A DNA stretch of 47,666 nucleotides, taken from Octopus sinensis. Its lineage: Eukaryota. Position 1 is the first letter of the stretch; every line of letters starts with the position of its first letter. The stretch spans positions 1-47,666 of the forward strand of contig NW_021834533.1 of the NCBI RefSeq assembly GCF_006345805.1, written 5' to 3'. A program made the position numbers and the translations under genes. The notes under the pieces were generated by a model. That model saw only the letters and a program-made list of their open reading frames with translations. It was not told the DNA's origin and did not search any database. This document shows, one piece after another, positions 23,755 through 37,337 of the stretch.

Positions 23755-25589
23755 AAAAAAAAAAAAAAGGACTTACTTCTAGATCACGAATCGGCAAAGT
23801 GATCGATATTGATCTTCCCCTCCCTAGGGGAAGTCTATGTAGGGGTCAATGAATGCCTGAAGCTATTTTGAACATTAAGTATGCTAAATTAGCGAACTGA
23901 ATCATGAAGAGAGCAATACTTAAAGCTAAACTCACAAATTTCCTAACAAATATCGATGCATAATTAGTATTCACCAAACGCATATTTCACATTAAATATT
24001 CCGTTGACTCAGATTTTATTGTTCTTCATCACTTTCATTAAGTATTTTCGTTAAATATCTTTAAATATTTCTTATTAAAAAGCGATAATGACACGAAAGA
24101 ACGAAAGAATTATTGTTTTAAATTAGGACCCTTTTTAAAAGTCAATTATACTTTTTAATTATACTTTAAAAATTTACATAATGGGATTCAATAAGTTATC
24201 AATGAATTCATGAATAGGTCAATGATTCACGAAGTTCGTCGACACCTGGTTTAGATCTAGGCGTTTCCAATACAGAATTATCACTGAACTCGATATGGGT
24301 CGTCTGAATGAGGTGCAACTATCGTAGTGGGACAAAAAGAGTATGACCAAGCGCATCTCGGAAATGTTTGTCTCGTTGATACCAACACAACTAAGCCTAG
24401 TGATCTGATAACATTGAATAAGTGTCCTTGCTTTTCACAACGAACCAGGTCACATTATGCAGCCGAGCTGCATAATATGTGACCATATATAATGAAGAGC
24501 AACAAAAGAAAGTGCTGGAAGTGAAGATGTCACTTTTCCTGGGTTAGAAGCATCGTATTTAATCGTCTGTAGGCCATACTATTTTATACTTTATTTTAAT
24601 TGAAGAAACTGGGGCATTCGAGGCAAAGATAAAACTATGAAGGGAAAACATTTCGTACCAGGATGTAACACTAAATAAGCGTTGCGGCTTATACACAACT
24701 AAATACGGTAACAGTTGCAGTACCCTTGAAAGGTAGAAAAGAAAATATAAAACTATTGCAAAAATAAAAAATAAAAATAAAAACAAAGAATGATAAATAA
24801 CCACTAACCCCCTCTCCGTAAAAACCACCAACGCCACCACCATACCAACAACAACAGCAGCAGCAATATTAAAATATAACAACAGTATCGGTAACACTAA
24901 ACATCAACAACACCATTGACAACAATTACAACATAAAAATAATACGGAGTAAAGCAACGATAGCAGCAACAACAACACGAACAAACACTTTATTGATATC
25001 GATGTGCGCCTAAAGTGTTTATGATCTTCTTTACTGCCGATCCAACCCGTCTTCCATTTTCTTTGTTCTTCTAAAATGGCGGCCGTTGTTGTCTTCACTA
25101 TAAAATACCGCTTGTTGTTTCTTCTTGTTCTTCTTGTTTTTCTTATTGTTATTGTGTTTGATATGATAAATTTTTTCGTCCCTTTATTCATATTTTTTTC
25201 TTGGTAGTTGTTTTTTTCTTTCCTCTTTTTATTTTCCTTTATAATTGTTGTCGATGTTGATGATTTTAATGCTGTTGTCGTTGTTATTGAGGTTGATGTT
25301 GTGATTTTATAAACGATGCTGATGGCGGTGTCATCATTAATGGTCGTATCAGTGGCGGTGTTGGTGGTTCGGTTCTGCTGGTGGTGTTGGCTGTGATGGT
25401 ACTGGTAGTTGTGGTAGTGGTGGCAGTGGTTATAGTGTAGTGGTAGCGGTGATGGCGTTGGTGGGGGTGGTTGTGGTGTAGACAGTGTCATTGCTGGTGC
25501 TGTTTGTTGTTTATTAGTGGTGGTGGTTGTGGTGGTGACCGTGGTGTTGGTGTTGGAAGTGGTGGCGGCGGTTGTAGTGTTGGTGTCGG

Positions 25590-26300
25590 TATTGCCCGGT
25601 GGTGTGGTGGCGGTGCTGGTGTTGGTGGCGGTGCTGGTGTTAGTGACGGTGCTGGTGGTGGTGGCGGTGCTGGTGGTGGTGGCGGTGCTGGTGTTTCTGA
25701 CGATGCTGGTGTTGGTGGCGGTGCTGGTGGTGGTGGCGGTGCTGGTGTTGGTGACAATGCTGGTGGTGGTGGCGGTGCTGGTGTTTCTGACGATGCTGGT
25801 GTTGGTGGCGGTGCTGGTGGTGGTGGCGGTGCTGGTGTTGGTGACAATGCTGGTGGTGGTGGCGGTGCTGGTGTTGGTGACGATGCTGGTGGTGGTGGTG
25901 GAGGTGTTGGTGTTGGTGACGATGCTGGTGGTGGTGGCGGTGCTGGTGTTGGTGACGATGCTGGTGGTGGTGGTGGCGGTGTTGGTGTTGGTGACGATGC
26001 TGGTGGTGGTGGTGGAGGTGTTGGTGTTGGTGACGATGCTGGTGGTGGTGGTGGCGGTGCTGGTGTTGGTGACGATGCTGGTGGTGGTGGTGGAGGTGTT
26101 GGTGTTGGTGACGATGCTGGTGGTGGTGGCGGTGCTGGTGTTGGTGACGATGCTGGTGGTGGTGGTGGCGGTGCTGGTGTTGGTGACGATGCTGGTGTTG
26201 GTGGCGGTGTTGGTTTTGTGACGGTGCTGGTGTTGTTGACGATGCTAGTGTTGGTGGTGGTGGTGGTGGCGGTGCTGGTGTTGGTAGCGGTGCTAGTGTT
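25590..26300. repeat. Triplet-built minisatellite with 33/36-bp units (ggtgctggtgttggtgacgatgctggtggtggtggc) and a duplicated 90-bp super-unit
   Basis: Units read directly; gtgtttctgacgatgctgg occurs at 25691 and 25781. Confidence 0.9.
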
Positions 26301-26639
26301 GGTGGCGGTGAAAGCGTTTCTGGCATTGCTAGCGTTGGTACGGCGCTGGTGTTGATGGCAGTGATTGTGGTGTTTGATATTGTTGTCATTGCTGGTGGTG
26401 TTGGCTGTTCTATTCGTAGTGGTAGCCGTGGTAATAATACCAGTGTTTTTTATTAGTGCTATTAATGGTGATTTTGGCGGTGATGATGCTGATGGTGGCG
26501 GTGGGGTGTATTTCTTAGTTTCCTTTAGTCGTTGTGGTTGAGTAACCTCATTCAACCCTGATCCAGCTGACTGACCTATTCCATTGTTCTTGACATCGTT
26601 GATGTTCTTGTTGTCTGTTTATTATCTATTTCTTCTTTT

Positions 26640-27210
26640 TCGCTGCCACCACCACCACCACACCACCACCACCAGCCACTACCGCCATGAAACCCCCACC
26701 CATTATTCCTACCACGACCACTAGCTACGTGAACCATCGCTACGACTATTGCGACTACACCACCACCACCACCACCTCTCCATCACCACCACTTTCACCC
26801 CTCCCCCCCACACCAACACAACCACAACCACACCGTACCGTTTATGGTTGCCGCCTTTCGTCCAATTCGCCGACGATGCCATCATAGTATTGATGTTGGT
26901 GTGTGTGTGTTTCAGTTAATATTTCTTGATGATGATGATGATGATGGCAACGACAACGATGACGATGACGATGACGACGATGACGACGACGACGACGACG
27001 ATGACGACGGGGATGATTTTGATGATGATGGCGACAACGATGATTATGCTGATGGTGATGATAATGATGATGATGATGGTGGCGGTGGTGATGGCGGTGG
27101 TGGTGGTGGTGGTGGTGGTAACAGTAGTGATGGTGGTAGCAGTGGTTGTTGTGATGCTTGTTTCGATGACGTAGCGGTGACGGTAACGGTTGTAGTGACG
27201 TGGTGGTGGT
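26640..27210. repeat. CAC and GAT/GAC/GGT triplet low-complexity tracts
   Basis: Direct reading. Confidence 0.85.
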
Positions 27211-27478
27211 GGTTAGGGCAGCGATAGAAAAGTTAACGACAGCAGCTAGGATAGTAGCATTGGTCGTAGTCACAGTGGTCGCGCGTCCTTCATAGTAGTG
27301 ACGATATTAATAATAATGATAGTAGTGGATGTGGTAGTTGTGGTGGTTGTGATAGTAAGAGTAGGGGTGGTGCTGTTAGTGATTAGAATGGGGCGGAGAA
27401 CATGTTTTGGTGTCAATGTCGCAATCGATTATTTGACAATAGAAAGGAAAAGGAAATGGTTGCGTGTTGCTGGTGCTG

Positions 27479-27898
27479 GGTTTGCTTGTTTGTTTGTTGG
27501 TTGAGCGAAGCGGTCTTCGTCCCAGAGCTCGCAAGATCGCACCTCAGGATTGCCTGTAGTGGAAGAAGTCCGAAACGCGGTCCTTTGCTATTATTCGTAA
27601 GACCCGCAGAAGAGAAAGCAGGCCAACCCCCCGACACCGAGAGCATCGACGGATGGATGAATGCGCATCCAGGCTCAGCGGTTGCGTAAGAAGTCGGGGA
27701 CAAGAAACAGGAAGAAAGAGTGAGAGAAAGTTGGAGCGAAAGAGTACAACAGGGGTCGCCACCACCCCGTGCCGGAGCCTCGTGGGGCTTTAGGTGTTTT
27801 CGCTCAATAAACACACACAACGCCCGGTCTGGGAATCGAAAACGCGATCCTCCGACCGTGAGTCCGCTGCCCTAACCACTGGGCCATTGCGCCACCAC
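27479..27898 (-). mobile_element. SINE with family C head but a different 3' half and (AAAC)n tail, 11-bp TSD
   Basis: Head ggtggcgcaatggcccagtggttagggcagcggactc. TSD tgctggtgctg at 27468-78 and 27899-909. Terminal hairpin cgaag-accg-cttcg followed by aaccaacaaacaaac. Confidence 0.88.
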
Positions 27899-27969
27899 TG
27901 CTGGTGCTGATGGCAATCGATAGATAACAGTCTTTAACTTATTTTAGTTTCGCCGCTTCACTTCAAAAA

Positions 27970-28680
27970 TATTTTGAAATTTGAGTTCGAATCCTGCAAG
28001 AGTTGACTATGCATTGCTGGCACAATGCGGCATTTCGTCTTTATGCCCTGAGTTCAAGTTCCGCCGAGGTCGACTTTGCCTTTCATCCTTTGCTGGCTTT
28101 GTGCAAACTTTGAAACAATAGGAGTGGCTGTGTGGTAAGTAGCTTGCTTACGAACCACATGGGCAAGTGTATTCTATTATAGCCTCGGGACAACCAAAGC
28201 CTTGTGAGTGGATTTGGTAGACGGAAACTGAAAGAAGCCCGTCGTATATATGTATATATATGTATGTGTGTGTATGTATTTGTGTGTCCGTGTTTGCCCC
28301 CCCCAACATCGCTTGACAGCCAATGCTGGTGTGTTTACGTCCCCATAAATTAGCGGTTCGGCAAAAGAGACCGATAGAATAAGTACTAGGCTTACAAAGA
28401 ATAAGTCCTGGGTTCGATTTACTCGACTAAAGTGCTCCAGCATGGCCACAGTCAAATTACTGAAACAAGTAAAAGAGTAAAAGACCTATATTACAATGGA
28501 GCAAGACAATGAGCTCGCAGAATTGTTTACCAGCATTTCTTCCGGCTTTACATTTAGGGCTCAAATACCGCTGATGTCGAATTCGTTTTCATCCTTCTGG
28601 GGTTGATAAGATAAGTACCAGTCAAGTAGACGGATAACTTCTCCCTTTAAAATTGCTGGCGTTATGTCAAAATTTGAAAC
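27970..28680 (+). mobile_element. SINE A (about 28120-28485) between SINE B fragments (about 27970-28115 and 28500-28680)
   Basis: Family-diagnostic cores as above. Confidence 0.75.
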
Positions 28681-30177
28681 AAAATTACGGTCGAAACACT
28701 CTTTACTACTGTCACACTAAAACTTACCTTGAAATATATCTATTTATAATAATTAAGTGTAGCAAAATGTGTTTGTATATTACCTAACACTGAAGCTGAC
28801 ATGTACTTAAAATTCTCATTAGTTAAGTTTAAGATAAATAACATGTTTTTAAATGGCTAAACTGGTTCTTCAATGATACAGATTGCTTCAGATTCAACAT
28901 GCGGCCTCAAACTATGTCCTTGCAAGAGACGTATAGAACCCACAAGTATTTATTTATGGGCCTCTTTCAAATGATTTCGTGTCGCTTTCATCTTGTCTAA
29001 ATTATAGCGACCATTTTGTTTTGGCGCGCCTTCCCTTATCAATCGTATACACAACCCTTATAACGTGCCAATCAAGGAGCTACTCCGTAATCGCTTGATC
29101 TGATAGAAGTATTGGTCACGTCTACTTCAGATCAGGGTAATGTAGGATTAAATATATATAAAAAAAAAAAAATGATTGGAATGTCCTTTTATGGTAGGTA
29201 GTTCAGTTTAATCATTGCTAGTCTTGCTCTGAGCAACATGTCACACATCTATCGTCTGCTTCTCTCAACTTCCTTTTTCTATCGGCTGCCTTCTACTTAC
29301 CTGTCATCTTATGGTCAACCAGTGTTTATTCTGTTCACACAACTTTATTATCTACAAATCAATTAATTATCATTCACGTGTGGTCTGTTTCCGTTTATTT
29401 CATTTCATTTATTTATTTATTTATTTAATTATTTATTTATCGATTTATTTAAGTATTTATTTATTTATTTATCTGTTTATTTATTTTCTTATCGGTTGCC
29501 TTCCATTCAACTTTTATTTGCCTCCCATTTAATTCCCTTCGACCCTATGCAAACATGTAAGTTTCTGCAAACATTTGTTTGTTTGCGATCTACTTGCATC
29601 TCCAAATCCCCTTTCTTACATCTATTTTCCATAATATATTCACCTTCCACTTGCCTCATATATCATTCCACACACCCTAATGTATCTACATTCCACCTTC
29701 TGATTTGTCGCATTTACTTTCCACGTGAGCCAACCAGGCAGCTAATATTATGCTTCCACTAATCTCAATGTAATAAGTTTGGTATAATAAATACATTCTG
29801 TTGGGATTATCTTTTACATATATCTCTTATTCCGTTTCCACACTTTCATCTTTCTAAATTGATCTGGTTTTGTGCACGCTCACTTATCTAATTATATACA
29901 TTTGTACTCATCTGTGTACGTCTATAAATGATGGTTGATGTATATATGTATGTGTATGCGAAGATACTTGTGTGTTCATCATGTTGGTGTGTGAACACAT
30001 ATGTATATCTATATCTGCATATCTCTGGGCAGAGTTTTCCACCCTCATACCGTATTTCATTATATTATTATATAGCAAACTTCCCAACACACAGCCATTC
30101 TTGCACCTAATATGTATTTGTATCTGTGTGTACGATTGTATGTATGTATTCTGCATATTCATGTATTTGCATGTTTT

Positions 30178-30198
30178 TATGTGTGTGTGTGTGTGTGT

Positions 30199-30258
<60 letters not shown>

Positions 30259-30470
30259 CTCTACGTGCCTGACTTCCAACAATTAACAATTGTGATTTGA
30301 AATTGAATGGTTAGCAGCAAGATGTCTAAGTTGCTTTAAAAAATTATTATGCAAAATATTCTGAGAAAAAGTATTTTATCACTACTACAAAACACAAACA
30401 CACACACACACACACACACACAAACACGCACACACACACACACACACACGCGCACACACACGTGTGTCTC
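30178..30470. repeat. (GT)n and (AC)n dinucleotide arrays
   Basis: Direct reading at 30178-30257 and 30394-30466. Confidence 0.9.
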
Positions 30471-30929
30471 TGTGGTAACATGAGCTACTACAAATAGCAG
30501 CCAAATCTCTCTTAAAACATACCCTTTCATCAAAAGAAAGACAGATTTACAGTATTTAAGAAAGAAAAATTAAAAGACTATGCGATAGGTCTGCTACACA
30601 GACAAATATTCTTCATATTAAAAGATTCTCAACTAAACAATACTAATAAAGCTGGCGGTATATCTTCGAAGTTTCATTCCCTGGTAAAACTTCATGTATT
30701 TTAAGACAGTCCAGGCAGAGTTGCCTGCCTTAGCTAAAGACCTCAAAATTGTGCGATCCGATTTCGTTTTCGAGGTTTTTCTTCTAGTAAAAATAAAAAA
30801 GTTGTTGTGCAAAAAACATACTTCATTTGGTAGTCGAAAGGTTACTGGATATTTTGATACCTCAAAATCGACAACTCAGTTTTCGAATCCATAAGGAACA
30901 TGCGTGCACACACGCACGCACACACACAA

Positions 30930-30967
<38 letters not shown>

Positions 30968-30994
30968 ACAAACTCTTTTTTATTATATAAGATA

Positions 30995-31165
30995 TGAAGG
31001 CGGCGAGCTGGCAAAACCGTTAGTATTCCGAACAAGACTCTTAGCAGCATTTCGTCCGTCTTTATATCCTGAGATCAAATTCCGACGAATTCTTCATTCT
31101 TTCGGGATGATAAAATAACTATTTCCTCCCCTGAAAATCTGCTGGCTCTCTGCTAAAATTTGAAA
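30995..31165 (+). mobile_element. SINE family B with internal deletion
   Basis: aaggcggcgagctggcaaaaccgttag head and cctgagatcaaattccg..tcattctttcgggatgataa core. Confidence 0.75.
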
Positions 31166-31858
31166 CTATCATTATATTATATACATTGCTTTGCATGTAA
31201 GCAACTCTATGGCATTAAAATATCTTCCCCAATAAACATACAACTCAGTTAAACGGCTCCGAGGAAGCTGTAAGTTGTCGCACAAGCCTTCAGCTTTGAA
31301 TACAATGTCTCTATTTGCAGAAAAAGCTGTAAGCCAATGAAAGTGATTGAGAAACTCCGGTCGTTTTGCCATAGATGCATTCACTCATTCATATCTTAAT
31401 GTATCTATTTTTGTTTTCCATTGATATGTTTTTCACATCTGTTTTTTCCACTTACATAACATATCCTTGAAATGAACTCACGTCCATAGCTTATCCAATT
31501 TTTCCACATTTTAAGCAAATCTTAACTCTACGTTTTCCACAAATCTTCATGCTAGATCGGTTTTCCACTTTTATATACTCGTACTTTTCACGCGTTCACT
31601 ACACTTGGCTGTATATGATTGTCAGACACACACACACACCACACACACACACACACACACCACACACACACACACACACACATTCACACAAATAAATATT
31701 CATCTTCTGTTTCATATTCAATGTATTATTAATCTGCTGTTCTTTATTCATCTTTTCCACTTATTCTACCTCTATTCTCTCATCGTGATATACTCGCCTT
31801 GTTCAGCTTATTTTACAGATCGAATATACACCTTTGTGTGTGTGTGTATGTATGCATG

Positions 31859-31901
<43 letters not shown>

Positions 31902-31985
31902 ATGTATCTATGTATGTATGTATGAATGCACGATCGTACATATGTATATATTTCTCCATCGATCTATATTTCTCTCCCTCTCACT

Positions 31986-32030
<45 letters not shown>

Positions 32031-32054
32031 CTATATCTATCTATCTATCTATCT

Positions 32055-32085
<31 letters not shown>

Positions 32086-32374
32086 GTCTACCTAATATAA
32101 TATAATACAATATAATGCAATATATATGCACATTTATATTATTATATACATATATATAAATAAATATATATAAATTTACATGAGTATATATGTATATATA
32201 TATATATAAATATATGTATATATATACTTATTTACATGTATGTATGACTATATAGATATATATCTATATATGTGAAATATATATATATATATGTATGTAT
32301 GCATGTATGTATGTATGTATGTATCTATGTATGTATGCATGCATACATGTATGTTTGTATGTATGTATATATTC

Positions 32375-32516
32375 TTTTATTTGCTTCAATCATTTGACTG
32401 CGGCCAAGCTGAAACACCGCCTACCTGTCTCTTTTGCCGAGCCGCTAGGTTACGGGGACGCAAACACACCAGCATCGGTTGTCAAGCGATGTTGGAGGAA
32501 CAAACACAGACACACA

Positions 32517-32577
<61 letters not shown>

Positions 32578-32728
32578 CTATAAGACGTGCTTCTTTCAGT
32601 TTCCATCTACCAAATCCATTCACAAGGCTTTGGTCGGCCCGAGGCTATGATAGAACACACTTGCCCAAGGTTCCACGCAGTGGGACTGGGCCCAGAGACA
32701 TGTGGTTGGTAAGCTAGCTACTTACCAT
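32375..32728 (-). mobile_element. SINE family A with expanded internal (TA)n
   Basis: Reverse complement matches family A; internal (TA)n of about 55 bp at 32518-32575. Confidence 0.88.
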
Positions 32729-32835
32729 ACAAATATATATATATACATATGTATGTATACATATATATACATGTGTGTGTACCGTTGGCGATTTTTTCCT
32801 CTGTCTTCCCTTCTCTGGATCTTTCCTTCTCCTAT

Positions 32836-32870
32836 GTTTCCGACGAAGAGCTCCGCTCGAAACGTTAAAC
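32836..32870 (+). ncRNA. Candidate minimal type I hammerhead ribozyme (Penelope-like-element type)
   Basis: GUUU-CCGACGA-A-GAGC-ucc-GCUC-GAA-ACGU-U-AAAC. Stem I GUUU/AAAC, stem II GAGC/GCUC, and a palindromic ACGU in place of stem III. It deviates from the CUGANGA consensus at position 4. Confidence 0.4.
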
Positions 32871-32982
32871 CCTCCTTCTTCCCTTCTTTCCTGAGCGTCC
32901 AATAATACTATATTTGTTCCACGTCCTCGCGTTGTTGTGTTTTTTTCTTGTTTGGATTAACTTTATATATATATATATATAT

Positions 32983-33023
<41 letters not shown>

Positions 33024-33897
33024 ATGCGTAATACGATACACAGAAAGCATTATGTATATGCATACACATGCATACATACGTAAATATGGATAGGTAGATA
33101 GATAGCTAACTTACCTATCCACTTATTAAATATAAAGTACCTTACAATTTTAATATATTGCCTGCCTGCCTGGCTTTCTGGTTGCTTATTTACCTGACTT
33201 GCTTGTTCTCTGTGCTTTTCTTCTGTTTTTAATTTCCTTTTTTTTTTCTTGCATTGTTTTTTTTTCTTTCTTTCTTGTTAGTACTCGGTCGCTGTATTTT
33301 TCCTATTCACCTAATTTTCATTTCCTAAGAAGAATTCATGCATGACAGATGCAATTTTCTTTTTGTCATCTCGTCACGTATCAACAATAGCAAGACCAAC
33401 CACTACACCAACAACGTATAGCCTCAATACACACACACACACACTGTAACACAAACGCACACACACACACTGTAACACAAACACACACACACACACGCAC
33501 ATACACACATACACATACACAAACACACACACGCACACACGGTTACTAACGAATTATTTTCCTCCAATGATTTGTCGACTTGTCATCCATTTGTTGCTGA
33601 TCCACTTATATCATTCTTTGTCTATTATTGTTTTCAGTTTATGGTTTCTTTTCTTCTTCTGTATCTTTTTCTTTTTGGCTACCGTTCCTTTCTTTCTTTC
33701 TTTCTTTACATCGTCCGTTCTTCGTATTGTCTACTTTTTGCTTTATACATGCAAAAATACATACTTCCATTTATGCATGTCTGGCTATTTGTATGTGCAT
33801 GTGTTTATATACATATACTTATATATATATATATATAAATATATATATATGTATTTTGTATGTATGTATTTATTGATATGCATTCATCTCTCCTCCT

Positions 33898-33966
<69 letters not shown>

Positions 33967-34240
33967 CGCCAATTGCTGATATGCATATATTTGTTTGTGT
34001 ATATATATGTATATACGTACGTAGATATATATATATATATCAATAATCAACAGGATATCAAGTAGTGATGTAGTACGACCGTTTCAAGCGACTCCATTTA
34101 ATTGAACAATGCAATCATTACATCAATTTAAATGCACTGCCATTCTCAGCTGCACAAATAAGTAAATAGAATTTTAACAAGTCGGACACATTAATATATA
34201 TATACATACACATATATACATTCATACATATATACATACA

Positions 34241-34276
<36 letters not shown>

Positions 34277-34424
34277 CATATAATATATATATATATATAT
34301 AGATATATATACACACATATATATATATACATACATATATATACATATATATATTATATATACACACATACATAGCTATTTAAAAATCAATTTGCATTAT
34401 GTATGCATATATGTATGTTTCTAT

Positions 34425-34441
34425 CTATCCATCCATCCAGC

Positions 34442-34489
<48 letters not shown>

Positions 34490-34496
34490 CTCTATC

Positions 34497-34547
<51 letters not shown>

Positions 34548-34548
34548 G

Positions 34549-34615
<67 letters not shown>

Positions 34616-34638
34616 CTCTCTCTCTCTATCTCTCTATC

Positions 34639-34684
<46 letters not shown>

Positions 34685-34755
34685 CATCTATCTATCTATC
34701 TATCTGTTTGTCTGTATGTCTATCTATCTATCTATTTACATATATGCAAACGTAG

Positions 34756-34787
<32 letters not shown>

Positions 34788-34790
34788 ATT
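34425..34790. repeat. Long (ATCT)n/(CT)n array plus (AT)n
   Basis: Direct reading. Confidence 0.97.
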
Positions 34791-36804
34791 ACAATGTAAT
34801 GACTGATGGGCAATGTGATGACTAAAGAGAAAAAAAAAGGTGACTGCGGCAGTATTGTTGATACTTGTTGACTATACTGCTTCATTTTAAGAAGGCGTTT
34901 CTTTCTAGAATCACTAGATTAATTTATTTTAAGCAGATCGTGTGCCTACATAAAGGCTCTGTTATCTGCTTCATTGAATGTCGTGCATGTGTGGCATAGC
35001 CAGGTAGACATATTATGAAATGATGAAATGCACCCCGAGTCGTGGCAATTTCGTACTCTTTGCTCAGGATACACTATATCTAGGACAGTATTATATGATT
35101 CTTTCTTTGTAAATAACACTTCTGGTTCATTTTTGCTACTAAAATATCCTAAATAGGTTTTATAATGTCAGATTAACTTGGGTGCTATCAACACATTCTG
35201 TAGTGTTTTAGAAATTCATATTAGTCAAAAATTTCCTCCAGAAATTTCGATTATTGCAATCGGCTGCAGTATTTTCGTCGCTTCCACTTCTGCAACTTTC
35301 AAGCCCTTTCCCGCTTTCGACTGCAAAACACAGAGTGACATGCTTTTTACTGAAATTCCATAAGTACGCGAAGCTGAAGAAATTACTTTGCAAAGTCTTC
35401 CGGTTCTTGGAATACATCAGTAATTTTACAGATAAAGGCGACACATAACCCAACTAACACTATGTGAATTAATCTCTGAAAAGTAATCAAAGAATCATAG
35501 TTTGTGACGAGATACTTTCTGACTGATTCTTTGATATTCTCAACATTTACATTTTCAGTATTTTTTAGGTTCCATAATTTTGGAGAGGTCGTCAACTGTT
35601 TTGATCCTCTTTCTGATTGTAATACGGAAGCTTTGATCCAAATGTTAAACACAGTATACTTCAGAGGTAGTGAAATGAAATCGGCCCAGAAGTGTTCATG
35701 AGAGCGACAGATATGCATTTCGCCGTAGTTGCAGCTTATCTATGTCGCATACTCGCGTTGCTTCCGAAACAAAATCAGATGTAATATTCTGAAGTATAAA
35801 GATTGAGTATAAACTATCTACTATTTTACAAAGGTGATGCATAAGCAGATTAAATTTGAATGATGCAATAGAAGCTGTTCTATAATAAAAACATAATCAG
35901 TACCAGTTAGTTAAAGTATCAATGTTGTTTAAACACCATAAGCTGCGGTCGTTCGCCCAGGAAAAAAATCTCTTTAAAGCCGTACGGTGATAAAAAAGCA
36001 CAATATGACTCAGGGCTAGGCGAAACGAAATCGCCCTAGATTTGATCCCGAAAGCGACGGATATGTACTTCATTTGAGGAGACAATATATGCGGCATGAA
36101 AGACTCATTTTTCACAGCCTCAGTCATAAGTCTTTAATCATAAAACGAAGTAGTGCATTTATTACTTGAGAATTTGTATTGATATAATCATTTATATTGA
36201 CAGTTAGTTGGTTCTCAGCTTTAAAATGTTATGGACAATTCAAAATGTTAAAACAAAATGGCGTTTTATACTCTAGATAGTAGTAATATTATTTATTTAT
36301 TATCTAACTATTTATTTATTATTTATTTATTTATTTATTTATTTATCATCTATTTATTTACTGTTGCAATATATGATGTATAAATATTGTAGATTCGATA
36401 GTTTTTGAATATAAAAATAAAATTATTACTCTCGAAAATTTTCACAGCTCACTTGACATAAAATTGTACATAAAATATAGTTTTGGCTATCATGACAATA
36501 AACTTAGGTAAAAAGAAAAAAAAAATGAAGAAATAAGTATAAAATTTCAAAGAAAATTACTAAACATTGTTAAATATACTCAAAATTTAGAATAACATCA
36601 TGTTTACATAACAAGAAGAAAAAAAGACAAAATAGAATAAAGAATATATATATATAAGGAAATAATATAAGCAAAAATTGTCAAAAAAAATCAGCTGCTG
36701 CTTTTATGATTAAAGACATATTTTTGAGGTTGATTAAAGATTTACGGCTGATGCCGTGAAGAAATTGCCTTCCACCCCTTCTTCCCTGATACAATATAAG
36801 ATCA

Positions 36805-37190
36805 TGTTCGTGTAGTATACTGCAGTGAAGTGCATGAGATTAGTGTAGAAAAGTTTAGTAATATACACTGCAATGTAAATTAGGACTGTGTAGTATACAG
36901 CGGTGCAGTACACAATGATGTACTTTAGTAAAGTGTAGTCTACCGCAGTGCAGTGTAAAGTGTAGGACAGTGGGGTAGTGGAGTATAAAAGTGTACACTG
37001 CAATGTATAGTATCGTGGAATAATATAACTGTAGTGTGCTGCATATGTGAATGTGGCGTATTGTAGCCTATTGCACTATAATGAAGTGTTGTGAATCGTG
37101 GTGTAGTGCACTGTAGAGTAGTGTAGTGTCGCATACTGTACTACAATGCCACATAATGTTGTACAGCGTAGTGTGACGTAGCGTAATGAT
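36805..37190. repeat. Highly degenerate pentamer-periodic repeat, approximately (AGTGT)n
   Basis: In-phase run agtgt agtat acagc ggtgc agtac acaat gatgt acttt agtaa agtgt agtct accgc agtgc agtgt. Confidence 0.6.
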
Positions 37191-37337
37191 TAACTTGCTG
37201 AAGAAACAAAAACTGTTAGCTTCGCTTAATCATTTTATTATTTGGCGTGAAAATGTTCGTCGCACTAACTGCAACCTAGTCACTGACACAAATCTACTGA
37301 ACCTGGCCTGAGATAAGGACGTTGGTTAGGATATATA

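Noticed and set aside
24448-24484. Hairpin ggtcacattatgcagc-cga-gctgcataatatgtgacc
   Set aside because: Too short for a pre-miRNA, single occurrence, no contextual support.
29300-29352. Minus-strand 51-nt exon candidate with perfect cag|gtaagt donor
   Set aside because: Stop codons in all three phases and a weak acceptor; such motifs occur by chance in 47 kb.
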